Source of the DNA: Phallusia mammillata
Lineage: Eukaryota
NCBI GenBank assembly: GCA_965637545.1
Contig: OZ281495.1
Coordinates: forward strand, 29,078,001-29,142,000
Reading direction: 5' to 3'
Length of the DNA: 64,000 nucleotides
The position numbers were made by a program, and so were the translations under genes. Every line of letters starts with the position of its first letter. The first letter of the stretch is position 1. This document shows positions 1-13,000 of this stretch, in pieces. Under the pieces are notes generated by a model. The model ran no database searches. It saw nothing but the letters and a program-made list of their open reading frames with translations, and was not told where the DNA came from.

Positions 1-760
1 GGTTTCAAGTCTTTGGCGAAACTCTTTTCTCGCCTGGTTGAGTAGATTGCCCTTAACTAAAGAGGTTTCCAAACCTGCTCTAAGCAATTGGCATGTGTAT
101 ACTCATTGCCCATATGATAACGGTTTGTATATTGAGTTTTAATTTTGACATTTAAACAACCAATGACTTTTGTTTGGACATTTCAACAACCAAAACAAAG
201 AGTCGCCTCTTTGTCTGAGTGAAACTGCAGTTTCGACAATCGATGTACGTTTTATTCAATCCCCGGCCGTATCAACTCAACCGCGTTTTAATATTTAAAG
301 TGCAGTGAAATATGATGGTAGTGTAATTACTTGCATTTTTGGTAAAAAAGCAGACCTCTGAATTTATTAAAACCGTCTGGGTGCATTTTGTTGCTGTGCA
401 AACAATTCCGTTAGATGCTCGTTAAGCTTAAACTAGTCTTTAATCCTTAATCGATATTCTGCAGTGCACTTTGTTGACAGTGTCATTTTTACACATCTAG
501 GAGAATGAAGTAAATTGGCACGTGGCGTTTCAAAGGCCGTTGAACTTCGAGCAAACTAGTGCTGGAAGGTTGCAATTCCTTGGCAAAACTTTTTTCTAGA
601 CTATACCAACAAGGTTGCGGTTTAATAAAGAATGACTGTCGTGGGCGATTTGCGTAGGTGGGCCTGTTCGACAAGGGAAACTGTAGTTTTGACAATCGAT
701 ACACGTTAATCTTAGGCCTCGCTAACTCTCCCGCGTTTCAATATTATAACTGCTATGCAA
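1..760 (-). promoter_or_regulatory. Two diverged copies (about 1-300 and 560-760) of the conserved non-coding module found upstream of GTPase genes C and D
   Basis: The reverse complement of 1-250 contains cgtacatcgattgtcgaaactgcagtttcactcagaca and aagggcaatctactcaaccaggcgagaaaagagtttcgcca. These align by eye with cgtacatcgatcgttgaaactttagtttcgcccagaca (about 50431) and aagggcgatcaacctaacttggataggcaaaaatagagtttcgcca (about 50609). The same strings recur at 565-600 and 675-745. Regulatory function is inferred. Confidence 0.55.
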
Positions 761-1724
761 TGCAGCAGTTGGGACAAATTAGAAAGTCAAGATTTGCAAC
801 TTGATAGTTGGGTCAAATTAGAAAGTCATTATTCGCAACGTGGCAGTTTTGTTAAATTCATTTATTTTCTTTTAGGTGACCTTTGTTGCCTTTCAACCAT
901 AGTTTTCTCAGTTTGTCAAAATTTATGGGGGATTTAAGCGAAAAATCATTGTTGTATCCAACTTCAAAAGCATTGAAATCGGTCGGCGTACCAAAAATGT
1001 CACTCTGTACAATACGAAACATTTGCGAAAAAGCAAGAGGCTACGGACCTTGTACAAATGTATTAAAACTTAGCTTTTTTATTCAAGTGTTGGGTAATAT
1101 TTGAAACACTACAGACACCAAGTAACGAAATTGTATACCATAGCTTACGCGAGACATCATGTGGTAAAACATATAATTCAGATGGGTTTCACGACAATAA
1201 TGTTATGAATATAATAATAAGTTGTGTTTTAGTTCATCACAGGTCATACAACATAAAAGTCAATAACCTTATTCGTTTCAGAAATAACTGACCAAAATGA
1301 TTCATGTCAAGATATTTAGCATTGGGTGCAAACGACAAGTGAAGTTTTTAATTTTGCATTTTTTGTTTGGCGAAACTAAAGGAACCATCTTTCTCATTAT
1401 AAGTACAAGAAACGAAAACACGTTGTAAATGACAACACACTTTGTGATGAAAATTGAATTAACCATGAATTCAGGTGCTACGACATATTCAGAAAACGCG
1501 TTTAAATTGCGGTTAAAAGTCGAAAATGTGGATAAGGTAAGTGAAAACTATATCAAGCTGTTGACAACAGACGATAACTTATACACATATACGATGTTGG
1601 CATATATGTACATTCATGTAACTTTGATTTTGCTTAAATTTACTCATTTGTCCATTTTGTTGCGTTCTTGTCTTATATTTCTGTGTCGACTTGTTTCTTT
1701 TTCGGATGTCAAATTTATGACAAC

Positions 1725-4700
1725 CTAATTTTCTTTTAAAACCTTTTTGAACATGCAAGACGACTCCTCCGTACTTATAATTTCATTTTTTTGTTTCCCA
1801 GTTTCTGATTGATTGCATTTCATGTAATCTATTTGTTTCTCATGTTTGGCAAGAATCTCAAAAATTTTGGCAAGAACCTCCTTTTCTTCAAGAATTCTTC
1901 TGTGTTTCTCTTCGTTTCTTTTTACTTCTAAAGTCAGTTGCTGTACTTTCTGATCTTTTTGCTTCAAGTCTATAGTCATTTCTAGTATTTTCTGTTCATT
2001 TTGCTTTGCTTCTGCAGTCAGCTGATGTATTTTGTGTTGTTTTTCTCCCATTTCTGCTGATAGACGCTGTTTCAAATGAGCATTTTCGGTGGTTAGTTGT
2101 GCATTTCTGGCTTCCAGGGCTTCACTTTGATTTTGAACATCTTTGTTAATTAATTTTTGTTGTGCATGAGCACACGAGAGTACATTGTAAATGTGGTTAA
2201 TGGTGTCAATTAACTCTTTCCTGTATTCACCGACCAAGTCCTTGCTTCCCATCTTTGCCTCATTAAAAGCTTGCAGTATTTTTTGCTCCAGGCGCTTGTG
2301 GTTTTGGTGACAATAAAATAGCCCGTGTGTACAGTCTTCTAACGTCTGCACAACATAACAAAATTAAACAATGACAAAAATAACTGAAACAGTTTTGCAA
2401 ATAACAAACAGTTTGTAAAAACCTTTGTCATAGTAGCCTCGTAATAAGTCGCTTTTTCTTCCAAAAGTCTTTCTAGATGGGACGTTGCCACCGACTATAA
2501 AAATATATTTTGAAACACACATTCATAAGTTAAATACCGGTTGCACCAAAAGTGTAATAGTAAGAGTAAAAGTATGCTTTCCTTGTGTCATTTTACCGGT
2601 CGTTGTTTTCAGTACTAAAGTACAATCGTATTTATCGACTTTCATATTTATTTGAAACAAACCTTGCCCAGCTGTGCAGCACTTAGATCTTGATCGGTCA
2701 GCAAGTGCTTACAGCAGTTGAGGATGTGGTCATAAATTTGCTGACCGTTGACTTTAACGCTATTTAGATGAACTGGTCGCGCGTATTTCTTGATGTCATT
2801 AAATACAGTGTCCACTTGTTGTAAAAAGTTGTCACCAATACCTATTTATACACAATAAGTCGTGTTACGAATCATTACAAGATTAACTACTATAGTCGTT
2901 TTAATTATATGACTTACCAATTACTTCAATCGGTTGCGTTTCCATTTCATTTCGTCCTTTCACGCTTACATAGGGAGTGGGAAATTTTTTTATTTTGCTC
3001 CGAGTTGCTAATTTTTCAAACCCTGTTACTTTTGCCTCTTTTGACATATTTTCATCGCACGAATCGTCTCGAATAAAAAAGGACATTTCCTAATAATGAA
3101 AATGTACCTGGCCAAGTTGAAATGTTAAACAGCAAATTAAAACGAAGGTCTTCGATTCAATTTAAGAAGAAGGCGGAACTTATTATTTAAACAACCAACC
3201 TGAAGTATGGGCTTTGGCGATCCTTCATGCAAATAGCTACAAACATCCTTTAAAAACTAAAAAATGAATCCAAAAAGATATTACCTTCAAAATTTTAAAA
3301 TAGACAAATGTGCTACACTTACATTAAAATTTTCGCTAAATCCCGCTTGTATTTGTCCAGTGAAGTTTAAGATCAGGTGCGAGCTCATAAGGGTTACAAG
3401 CGTGAATATTTGGGTCAATTCCTTCTTGGGGGTTTGATCATTTAACGTTCCTTGCTGTACGTCCATCAGGTACAAAGCAACCTGCATAATTTGTGTTAGT
3501 GGTGAGCCCAGAACTATGATACAGCCATGGGGACGGGAAAATTTTTGCATGGCAGGGGGGGGGGGGGAGTGACGTATTTGTACAGTGGTTCATTAGCTAT
3601 AAATGAAAAACAGAAGAATTGCATTGCATTCATCCTGAAACACCCTACAATGTGAAAAAACTTCACACGCAGCCACACATCCATAATCACGTGTACCATT
3701 TTGTACAACCTCAAAGATTATGGAAACAAGGGCAAGTGCACCTCCTTGACGTTCCGGCGCCCTTCGTTACAGCTTCAATAAATTTCTACAGAATGTCAAT
3801 CAACCTTGCCATTAGAAGAATCGACCATCAAAGGTTTGTCCAAGATCCAGATTCCTTCAGTGTTTGATCTGTTTCCATAATTCCGCCCAAACACTGTCTG
3901 TAACTGTTCTGGTTTGAAGAATGGAAGATAATCTTTCAACCCTTTTTTCGGCATGCCCTATAAGAAAAACGTCACATCATGCACTTATCCGGGTTTTGTG
4001 TTTTTGTATGTGTGTCCCAAAACTAAACGTTAAATCAGGTAAAAGAATAAATAACAAAACAACAAAATAAACACTGTTTTAAACAAATTGGTTCGGTTTG
4101 AATTGGATTTGATGTTCTCATTAAAACGCATGTGGCGCATTTATTGCTAATTGTATCATTTTTGCTGCAGTATGAGCCTTACATTGACGTGTCAGGTCAG
4201 GCTCCACAACTGCTACTGGTACCACGTAGCCCAGTACAACCTGTGGACGATTAAATGGCTAAACAACCCTGTATGAGTGACTTGACTTACATTAACGTTT
4301 CACCCTAATTTTTTTCGTTTCTAAAGTTTTTTCATTTTCTTTCATTTTTTTCGTTTATTTTTTTAATTTTTATTTGTGCCTAAAAAGAGTTTGTGGTTAT
4401 TTGTGATTAAAACAAACGCAAGATGCACTTTATTGTTAACAATGCACTCATTTGTACCTTAACTTGGAGATGTACAAACAAGTTGAGCATGAACGATTTT
4501 CCACTTTTCCTACTCCCGCATATGGTTATGATTGATATCGGATGTCCCTCGGCATTGTCCAGCGCTGTTTTTAAACCAGATTTATCGATTTCCAAGTGTT
4601 TCTCCTTGACTCTTTTTAGTATTTGTATGGCTTTTCGATCCTCTGAAAAAGCATATAACTTGATTTAAATCAGGTGACCTCATATATTATTGTTTAATTA

Positions 4701-4923
4701 AGTTTTTTTCTTGAATTACTCCATAACTTACTTTACGTTTAAAGGAAGTTTCTTCTTTAAATTAAGCTGGACAAAAATTATTCCTAATAATTCTAGTTAG
4801 TGTAACTTTGGCTAATGCTGTAATCAAGATCACGCATTACTTGGGGTAACAAAAATTTGGGTAATTTAGGATTTATCTTACATGTAAGAGATAACGCATT
4901 TTGCTGGATTACTTACCTGCCAT
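1725..4923 (-). CDS. Atlastin/GBP-family large GTPase-like protein with coiled-coil tail, divergent class (copy M1), about 534 aa
   Basis: Exons 4923-4917, 4642-4458, 3957-3805, 3481-3323, 3256-3200, 3089-2918, 2841-2663, 2494-2423, 2345-1725. All introns are GT-AG, total 1605 nt, open frame. Motifs: P-loop GSRKSGKS, G2 NTEGIWI, G3 region MDVQQG, FFIRD. Intron positions and phases match the plus-strand paralogues. Confidence 0.85.
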
Positions 4924-4934
4924 AACTTATTCCC

Positions 4935-7900
4935 AATGAGCAACTCGTTCTTGTTCAGAAATACTTAGAAAAACCTATACACAAAACGTTTTAGTGGCCT
5001 ATTGAAGTTCAAAGTAAAAAATACGAATAAACAAACAGAACAGAATGGCACAAATAGTTTAAGTATGTAAGTTGAATTTTATCGTTGCGTGTAACCCGAA
5101 ACAAAAAACAAAAACCGATGAAATTGCCAAGGTTGAGCGTAAGACAATAGGCGCCATAAACCGCTTTAACGAAGTGTTTGACATACAGGTCAGTGCTGTA
5201 GTGAGTTTAGTCACCAATTATGCCATCTACTATTTTGCGCAATATACCTAACTTAACTTAAATTAAGACCCCGACCAAACTATTGTTGCAGCGTGCCTGA
5301 AATTGTTTGTCAAAACGCGGGACAGCCGCATAGCTTACAAACCCCAACGCAGAAAACTGTATTAATCATATTGTTTCGTTTCAAACCTAATTTGGCCTAG
5401 TCGGTCTATCACTGCTAAGTAGGATGCGGTGATAAAAACAGGAAATGGGTAATACGTTTAGCGCATAGCAATTAGCAAGTATACCCAAGCGTTAAATATC
5501 TTTTCTTAGGCCATACAATCGAACCAGTTGAAGTACTGGAAAAACTGACGTGTGAGATTTTAGCTTTGTGACCCCTGGCCTACGCTTTCTGCACAAGTGC
5601 TCAAGGATGACAGACGCTGCAAAGCCGGTGTTTGACACCTTGCATACATTCCACCATTCGTGCCGTTACGTGGCCATCACCGTTCTCGCTTCATATGCTG
5701 GCATATCAACACTGCACCTTATCTTAACTAACCTATCAAAACCAAAATCAAATCGTTATATATAACGCCTTTAATGAGCATGGCCAAATCACAGTACACC
5801 AGACCCATTGAAAAGTGTCTATCATATTTCTATATCAGTGATCGCTGGTCCGCAAATACGCTTCAGGGCTGATCCCAGTATTAAAATAGCCCGTTCACCT
5901 TGACAAACCAAAATCTGACAGACAAAGCCGCACAGTGTAAAAGATATTATACTTCCACACTAATAGGTGCTACGTCGACCAAACATGACTCACACATAAA
6001 ACGGAAACGCTGACGTGTTTGTGATTCTACATGGGAGCCACTGCGAACTGTGAATCCAAAAACAATGTATTAAGAATTTTAAACAACAAAAGACTTTCAA
6101 TGGATTCACAAAAAAGCAATCGGAGTGGAAATAAAACACAAGCCCTACTTAAGTCAGTGTTGTTTTTACAAAGTTTATACAACAGATTTTTTTAAACATT
6201 AAAGATTTTTTTAGACTTAAGTATGACGAGGTCAAGAATTAATGATTTTTGAAGACTTAAGTATGGCAAAAACAACACGGCTAACATAAAAACTTCTTGA
6301 TCAAACCAAACCCAGTCAAGCAATAGCTCTGACAGCCATAACGTATAGTTCAAAAAATATTGTACTTCTGCACTATAGGGTGCTAATATATAGGCAACTC
6401 GGTTTTGTTCAGAAAAACTTGGAAAAACCTACACACAAAACGTTTTGTGGCCTATTGAAGTTCAAAGTAAAAAATACGAATAAACAAACAGAACAGAATG
6501 GCACAAATAGTTTAAGTATGTAAGATAAATTTTATCGTTGCGTGTAAACCGAAACAAAAAACAAAAACCGATGAAATTGCCAAGGTTGAGCGTAAGACAA
6601 TAGGCGCCATAAACCGCTTTAACGAAGTGTTTGACATACAGGTCAGTGCTGTAGTGAGTTTAGTCACCAATTATGCCATCTACTATTTTGCGCAATATAC
6701 CTAACTTAACTTAAATTAAGACCCCGACCAAACTATTGTTGCAGCGTGCCTGAAATTGTTTGTCAAAACGCGGGACAGCCGCATAGCTTACAAACCCCAA
6801 CGCAGAAAACTGTATTAATCATATTGTTTCGTTTCAAACCTAATTTGGCCTAGTCGGTCTATCACTGCTAAGTAGGATGCGGTGATAAAAACAGGAAATG
6901 GGTAATACGTTTAGCGCATAGCAATTAGCAAGTATACCCAAGCGTTAAATATCTTTTCTTAGGCCATACAATCGAACCAGTTGAAGTACTGGAAAAACTG
7001 ACGTGTGAGATTTTAGCTTTGTGACCCCTGGCCTACGCTTTCTGCACAAGTGCTCAAGGATGACAGACGCTGCAAAGCCGGTGTTTGACACCTTGCATAC
7101 ATTCCACCATTCGTGCCGTTACGTGGCCATCACCGTTCTCGCTTCATATGCTGGCATATCAACACTGCACCTTATCTTAACTAACCTATCAAAACCAAAA
7201 TCAAATCGTTATATATAACGCCTTTAATGAGCATGGCCAAATCACAGTACACCAGACCCATTGAAAAGTGTCTATCATATTTCTATATCAGTGATCGCTG
7301 GTCCGCAAATACGCTTCAGGGCTGATCCCAGTATTAAAATAGCCCGTTCACCTTGACAAACCAAAATCTGACAGACAAAGCCGCACAGTGTAAAAGATAT
7401 TATACTTCCACACTAATAGGTGCTACGTCGACCAAACATGACTCACACATAAAACGGAAACGCTGACGTGTTTGTGATTCTACATGGGAGCCACTGCGAA
7501 CTGTGAATCCAAAAACAATGTATTAAGAATTTTAAACAACAAAAGACTTTCATTGGATTCACAAAAAAGCAATCGGAGTGGAAATAAAACACAAGCCCTA
7601 CTTAAGTCAGTGTTGTTTTTACAAAGTTTATACAACAGAATTTTTTAAACATTAAAGATTTTTTTAGACTTAAGTATGACGAGGTCAAGAATTAATGATT
7701 TTTGAAGACTTAAGTATGGCAAAAACAACACGGCTAACATAAAAACTTCTTGATCAAACCAAACCCAGTCAAGCAATAGCTCTGACAGCCATAACGTATA
7801 GTTCAAAAAATATTGTACTTCTGCACTATAGGGTGCTAATATATAGGCAACTCGGTTTTGTTCAGAAAAACTTGGAAAAACCTACACACAAAACGTTTTG

Positions 7901-9291
7901 TGGCCTATTGAAGTTCAAAGTAAAAAATACGAATAAACAAACAGAACAGAATGGCGCAAATAGTTTAAGTATGTAAGATAAATTTTATCGTTGCGTGTAA
8001 ACCGAAACAAAAAACAAAAACCGATGAAATTGCCAAGGTTGAGCGTAAGACAATAGGCGCCATAAACCGCTTTAACGAAGTGTTTGACATACAGGTCAGT
8101 GCTGTAGTGAGTTTAGTCACCAATTATGCCATCTACTATTTTGCGCAATATACCTAACTTAACTTAAATTAAGACCCCGACCAAACTATTGTTGCAGCGT
8201 GCCTGAAATTGTTTGTCAAAACGCGGGACAGCCGCATAGCTTACAAACCCCAACGCAGAAAACTGTATTAATCATATTGTTTCGTTTCAAACCTAATTTG
8301 GCCTAGTCGGTCTATCACTGCTAAGTAGGATGCGGTGATAAAAACAGGAAATGGGTAATACGTTTAGCGCATAGCAATTAGCAAGTATACCCAAGCGTTA
8401 AATATCTTTTCTTAGGCCATACAATCGAACCAGTTGAAGTACTGGAAAAACTGACGTGTGAGATTTTAGCTTTGTGACCCCTGGCCTACGCTTTCTGCAC
8501 AAGTGCTCAAGGATGACAGACGCTGCAAAGCCGGTGTTTGACACCTTGCATACATTCCACCATTCGTGCCGTTACGTGGCCATCACCGTTCTCGCTTCAT
8601 ATGCTGGCATATCAACACTGCACCTTATCTTAACTAACCTATCAAAACCAAAATCAAATCGTTATATATAACGCCTTTAATGAGCATGGCCAAATCACAG
8701 TACACCAGACCCATTGAAAAGTGTCTATCATATTTCTATATCAGTGATCGCTGGTCCGCAAATACGCTTCAGGGCTGATCCCAGTATTAAAATAGCCCGT
8801 TCACCTTGACAAACCAAAATCTGACAGACAAAGCCGCACAGTGTAAAAGATATTATACTTCCACACTAATAGGTGCTACGTCGACCAAACATGACTCACA
8901 CATAAAACGGAAACGCTGACGTGTTTGTGATTCTACATGGGAGCCACTGCGAACTGTGAATCCAAAAACAATGTATTAAGAATTTTAAACAACAAAAGAC
9001 TTTCAATGGATTCACAAAAAAGCAATCGGAGTGGAAATAAAACACAAGCCCTACTTAAGTCAGTGTTGTTTTTACAAAGTTTATACAACAGAATTTTTTA
9101 AACATTAAAGATTTTTTTAGACTTAAGTATGAAGAGGTCAAGAATTAATGATTTTTGAAGACTTAAGTATGGCAAAAACAACACGGCTAACATAAAAACT
9201 TCTTGATCAAACCAAACCCAGTCAAGCAATAGCTCTGACAGCCATAACGTATAGTTCAAAAAATATTGTACTTCTGCACTATAGGGTGCTA
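4935..9291. repeat. Near-identical tandem repeat, 3 x 1453 bp, followed by a diverged partial sub-unit to about 9480
   Basis: The same 65-aa ORF recurs at 5568, 7021 and 8474 (period 1453). Units differ by only a handful of bases, e.g. gactttcaatgg vs gactttcattgg and ggcacaaat vs ggcgcaaat. Confidence 0.97.
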
Positions 9292-10050
9292 CGTCAACGC
9301 CAAAAATGGAAATGCTGACGTGTTTGTGGCATGACCACCGCTCAATTTCGACAGGGAGCCACTACGAACTATGAATTTAAAAACAATGTACAAAGAATTT
9401 TCAACAACAAAACAATTTCAATGGATTCATAAAGACATTAATCATAAGTAAAATAAAACACAAGTCATACCCTAAGAAAATGCTGTTTTTGCGATTGGCA
9501 GTTCACCTGTGCAACAATTATGTATTTTACGTCATTAATCCCATGCCCAAAACGATTTGTAATATAAAATTACATTACAGACAATAGCCACAATGAATAA
9601 AACTTGTCACAACCTATATGGAGCAAAGAAAACAATTGCTAAAACTATTTTTTTTTACTTTCTTAGCAAAAATAGAACAGTAAATCCAGCGTAGAATTCC
9701 GAAAACCTACTTTTGTTACTATTAAAAAGCTGTTATTTTGGTCAAAAACAGCTACATGAATGTAGTCAGCATAATCAGACGATTGTGGTGCATTGTTTTC
9801 TGGTACGTTACCGAGTGGTGAGTGTTTTTGTTGTTGTTCTGTCGTTAAAGTGCTGTGGATTTGGAACCAAAAGTATCCAATCTGACCGCACTAAACGAAC
9901 ATTTTGATTTCTGTAAGTCTTTTTAGGTTCAACATTGCCGCTTTTTCAAGCTGTGGTCACCAGACGATATAGACGTGCACATCTTTCTAGTATAAGTGGG
10001 AACAGAAGTAGCATATATGTACATTTTTGTATCTCCAGTTGTGTTGCAAT

Positions 10051-13000
10051 TTATTCAAATATCTGTGATGTCCCGGTGTTGGTCGTGTGCTTGTCGCAAT
10101 TTTGTTCATCATGTTTTGGTATCGTTGGCATTATGGATTCATTAAATGTTGTCAAACTTTTTGAAATATTCTCCATCAACTCCGTCTGTTCCTCATTGTG
10201 TGTTTGGTTACATTTCATTTGTTCTATTTGTCCCTCATGGTTGCCTAGAATCTCATAAACCTTTCGATTCTGCATTCCCTGTTTCTTTTCCAACTCTTCA
10301 ATTTTGCGTTTTTTTTCCTTCAGTTCTATAGTAAGCCGTTGTATTTTTTGTTCTTCGTCTTTGACAGCAGTTCTCAGTTTTTTTATTGTCTCTTGGTTTT
10401 GGTTTGCGTCTATAGTCAGCCGTTGTATTTTTTGTTGGTTTTGCTCTGCGTTTTCCGCCAGTTTTTGCAGTTTTTGTTCGTTTTCTTTTCTTTCAGCTGT
10501 CAAACAAGCATTTTTGTTTTTTAGTTCTGCATTTGTAGTCATCAGTTCTTCATTTTGGTTTTGAACCACACCAAGCGAAAATTTCCTTTGTGCAAATGCA
10601 CATGACAGGACCTTATAAATGTGGGTAATGTTGTCAATTAACTCTTTCCTGTATTCTGTGACCAAACCATCACTTCCTAGCTTCGGAGCTTTGTCAAAAG
10701 ATTGTAGTATTTCTTGCACCAACCGCTTGTGGTATTGATGACAATTATAGTGGCCTTCCTTGGAGCCTTGTAAATCCTGGACAAGAAAATTAAACAATTA
10801 TTAAACTCCCACAATTTTACTCCTGTTACTTCCACCAAAGAGTACTTAAATGGCTACAGAATGGTCAAACTGTGTATGTCTTATCCCCACTGCACTGATG
10901 AGACCTTACCAGTGGAAATAGTGTGCACTGTCTGTAGCTTACTTATCATTAATTGCCTTGGTAGTTTGATACTACATTTACATAAAAAATACACCTATGC
11001 TTACCGTTGTCATAGTAGTCTCATAGTACGTCGCTTTCTCTTTCAAACGTTTGTCCAGTTGCGAAGTTGCCACCGACTAAATTTTTTTGTATTTCTGTTT
11101 AAGATAACTATATGTGCGCAAATATGAAAACGAACCTCGTTAATATCATCAATTTTCTCTGCCATCTCTCCCTTGCATTTTTCTATTAAGTCATGTCTTC
11201 CCCACTTGGGAGCTTCATCAAATTTTTGAAGGGATTTTTCCTTAAGGTGCTGACAACTGCGTTCACCTTTTTCAAAGTCTTGCAAGTTCTGCGCATTAGT
11301 ATATATAAAACGGTTTGAAAATTGTAGTTTTGATAATAAATTATGCTCACCTTATTAATAACACTTTCGTACTTTTCTACACTTTCCTCCAACAGTCTTT
11401 GTAGCTGTAAAGAGGCCATCGCCTAAAAAGGTTTTGCTTTGATACCGAATTACAATTTAAACAAGTTTCTGTAGCTACAAAAAGTAACACTTGCTACATG
11501 CAGCAACTTTTGTGCATCTATGCAACATAAATCAGGCGACCTACAGTCATAACATGACTTTTGTTTTGAATCCAAGGATTTAGGAATAATCATTTTTTCA
11601 GTCGACAAACCTTGCCCAGCTTTGCAGCACTTGGTTCTTGATCGGTCAGCAAGTGCTTGCAGCAGATCAGGGTGTGGTCATAGATTTGCTGACCGTTAAG
11701 TTCAAGGTCATTTTGTTGAAATGGTCGTGCGTTTTGTTTGATGTCATTAAATACAGTGTCCACTTGTTGTAAAAAGGTGTCACCGATACCTAATTACACA
11801 CAATGTGCGTTTAGTGGTGTTACAAATCATTTCCAATTTAAATCGCATAGATATTTTACTTATGACCGACCAAGTATTTCAATCGATTGTGTTTCCTTTT
11901 CATGTCGCCCTGTCACGCTTTTATTAGGAGTGGGAAATTTTATTATTCTGGTCCGAGTTGCCAATGTTTCAAACCCTGGTACTTTTGTCCCCTCTGCCAT
12001 ATTTTCCTCGCACGAATCGTCTCGAATAAAAAAGGACATTTCCTAACAATAAAAAAGTGTCCGAAAAGTTTGTAGTATAAAACAGCAATATAAAAACACA
12101 ATTACAAAACCACATTAGGTAATTTTAAACAACCAACCTGAAGCATAGGCTTTGGCGATACTTCATGTAAATAGCCACTAACATCTTTCAAAAACTAAAA
12201 CAAAGTAGAAGCATTAAACTAAACCAAAAACTTTTTTAGAAAATAGCTTTTACTTTGTGTTACTGAAAGTGGAAATTGACAACATGCTACACTTACTTCA
12301 AAGTTTTCACTGTACGCTGCTTGTATTTGTCCTCTAAAGTTCAAGATCAGGTGCGAGCTCATAAGGGTTGCAAGAGTAATTATTTGAGTCGATTCCTTCT
12401 TAGAGGTTGAACTATCCACCGTTCCTTGTTGTACGTCCACCAGATAAAGAGCAACCTGCATTTTTTGTGGTGATGAACCGGAAACTAATTGTCAACTGCA
12501 ATAAAGTTCAAAAGAAAGTTAATCAACCTTGCCATTTAAAGTATCAACCATCAAAGGTTTGTCCAGCATCCAGATTCCTTCACTGTTGGATGTTCTGCCA
12601 TCATTCCATCCAAACACTGTCATTAACTGTTCTGGCTTGGTGAAGGCGGAAAGGATTGCCCACCCTTTTTTCGGCATTCCCTAAGAAAAATATCGCATTG
12701 ACCAATCATGGTAAGTAATAAACTTCTTGTAAAATCCATCCTCACTAACGCTTGACTTAAGTTTCATATAAGCAACTGCAGTGAACGGGACAGATTGCGT
12801 TCTTTTGAACGCCTCGCCGAGTGCGCCGTATTCGCCAATCAGCATTACGTTTTTTTCTCTAGCTCAGAGAAACACACCACCCCAATTTTAATGGAAACAC
12901 ATTTCAAACAAAAGGAATTGGTAAATTATTAAACTGATGTCACTCAGTGTTAAAGAGCCACGCACAGAAAAATTATTGTTTTTTTAGATGCCAGAGGGTC

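Noticed and set aside
1429-1728. 99-aa plus-strand ORF with a possible internal exon ending at a gtaagt
   Set aside because: No homology, no partner exons, and it overlaps the M1 3' region.
3545-3570. Poly-G run as a G-quadruplex regulator
   Set aside because: A single intronic homopolymer, absent from the paralogous M2 intron.
5568-8671. Three identical 65-aa ORFs (5568, 7021, 8474)
   Set aside because: GTG start, no recognisable domain or splice pattern; they simply reflect the 1453 bp repeat.
4935-9291. CRISPR array, rDNA or prokaryotic operon interpretation
   Set aside because: No short repeat-spacer pattern or rRNA motifs, and the genes have spliceosomal introns.
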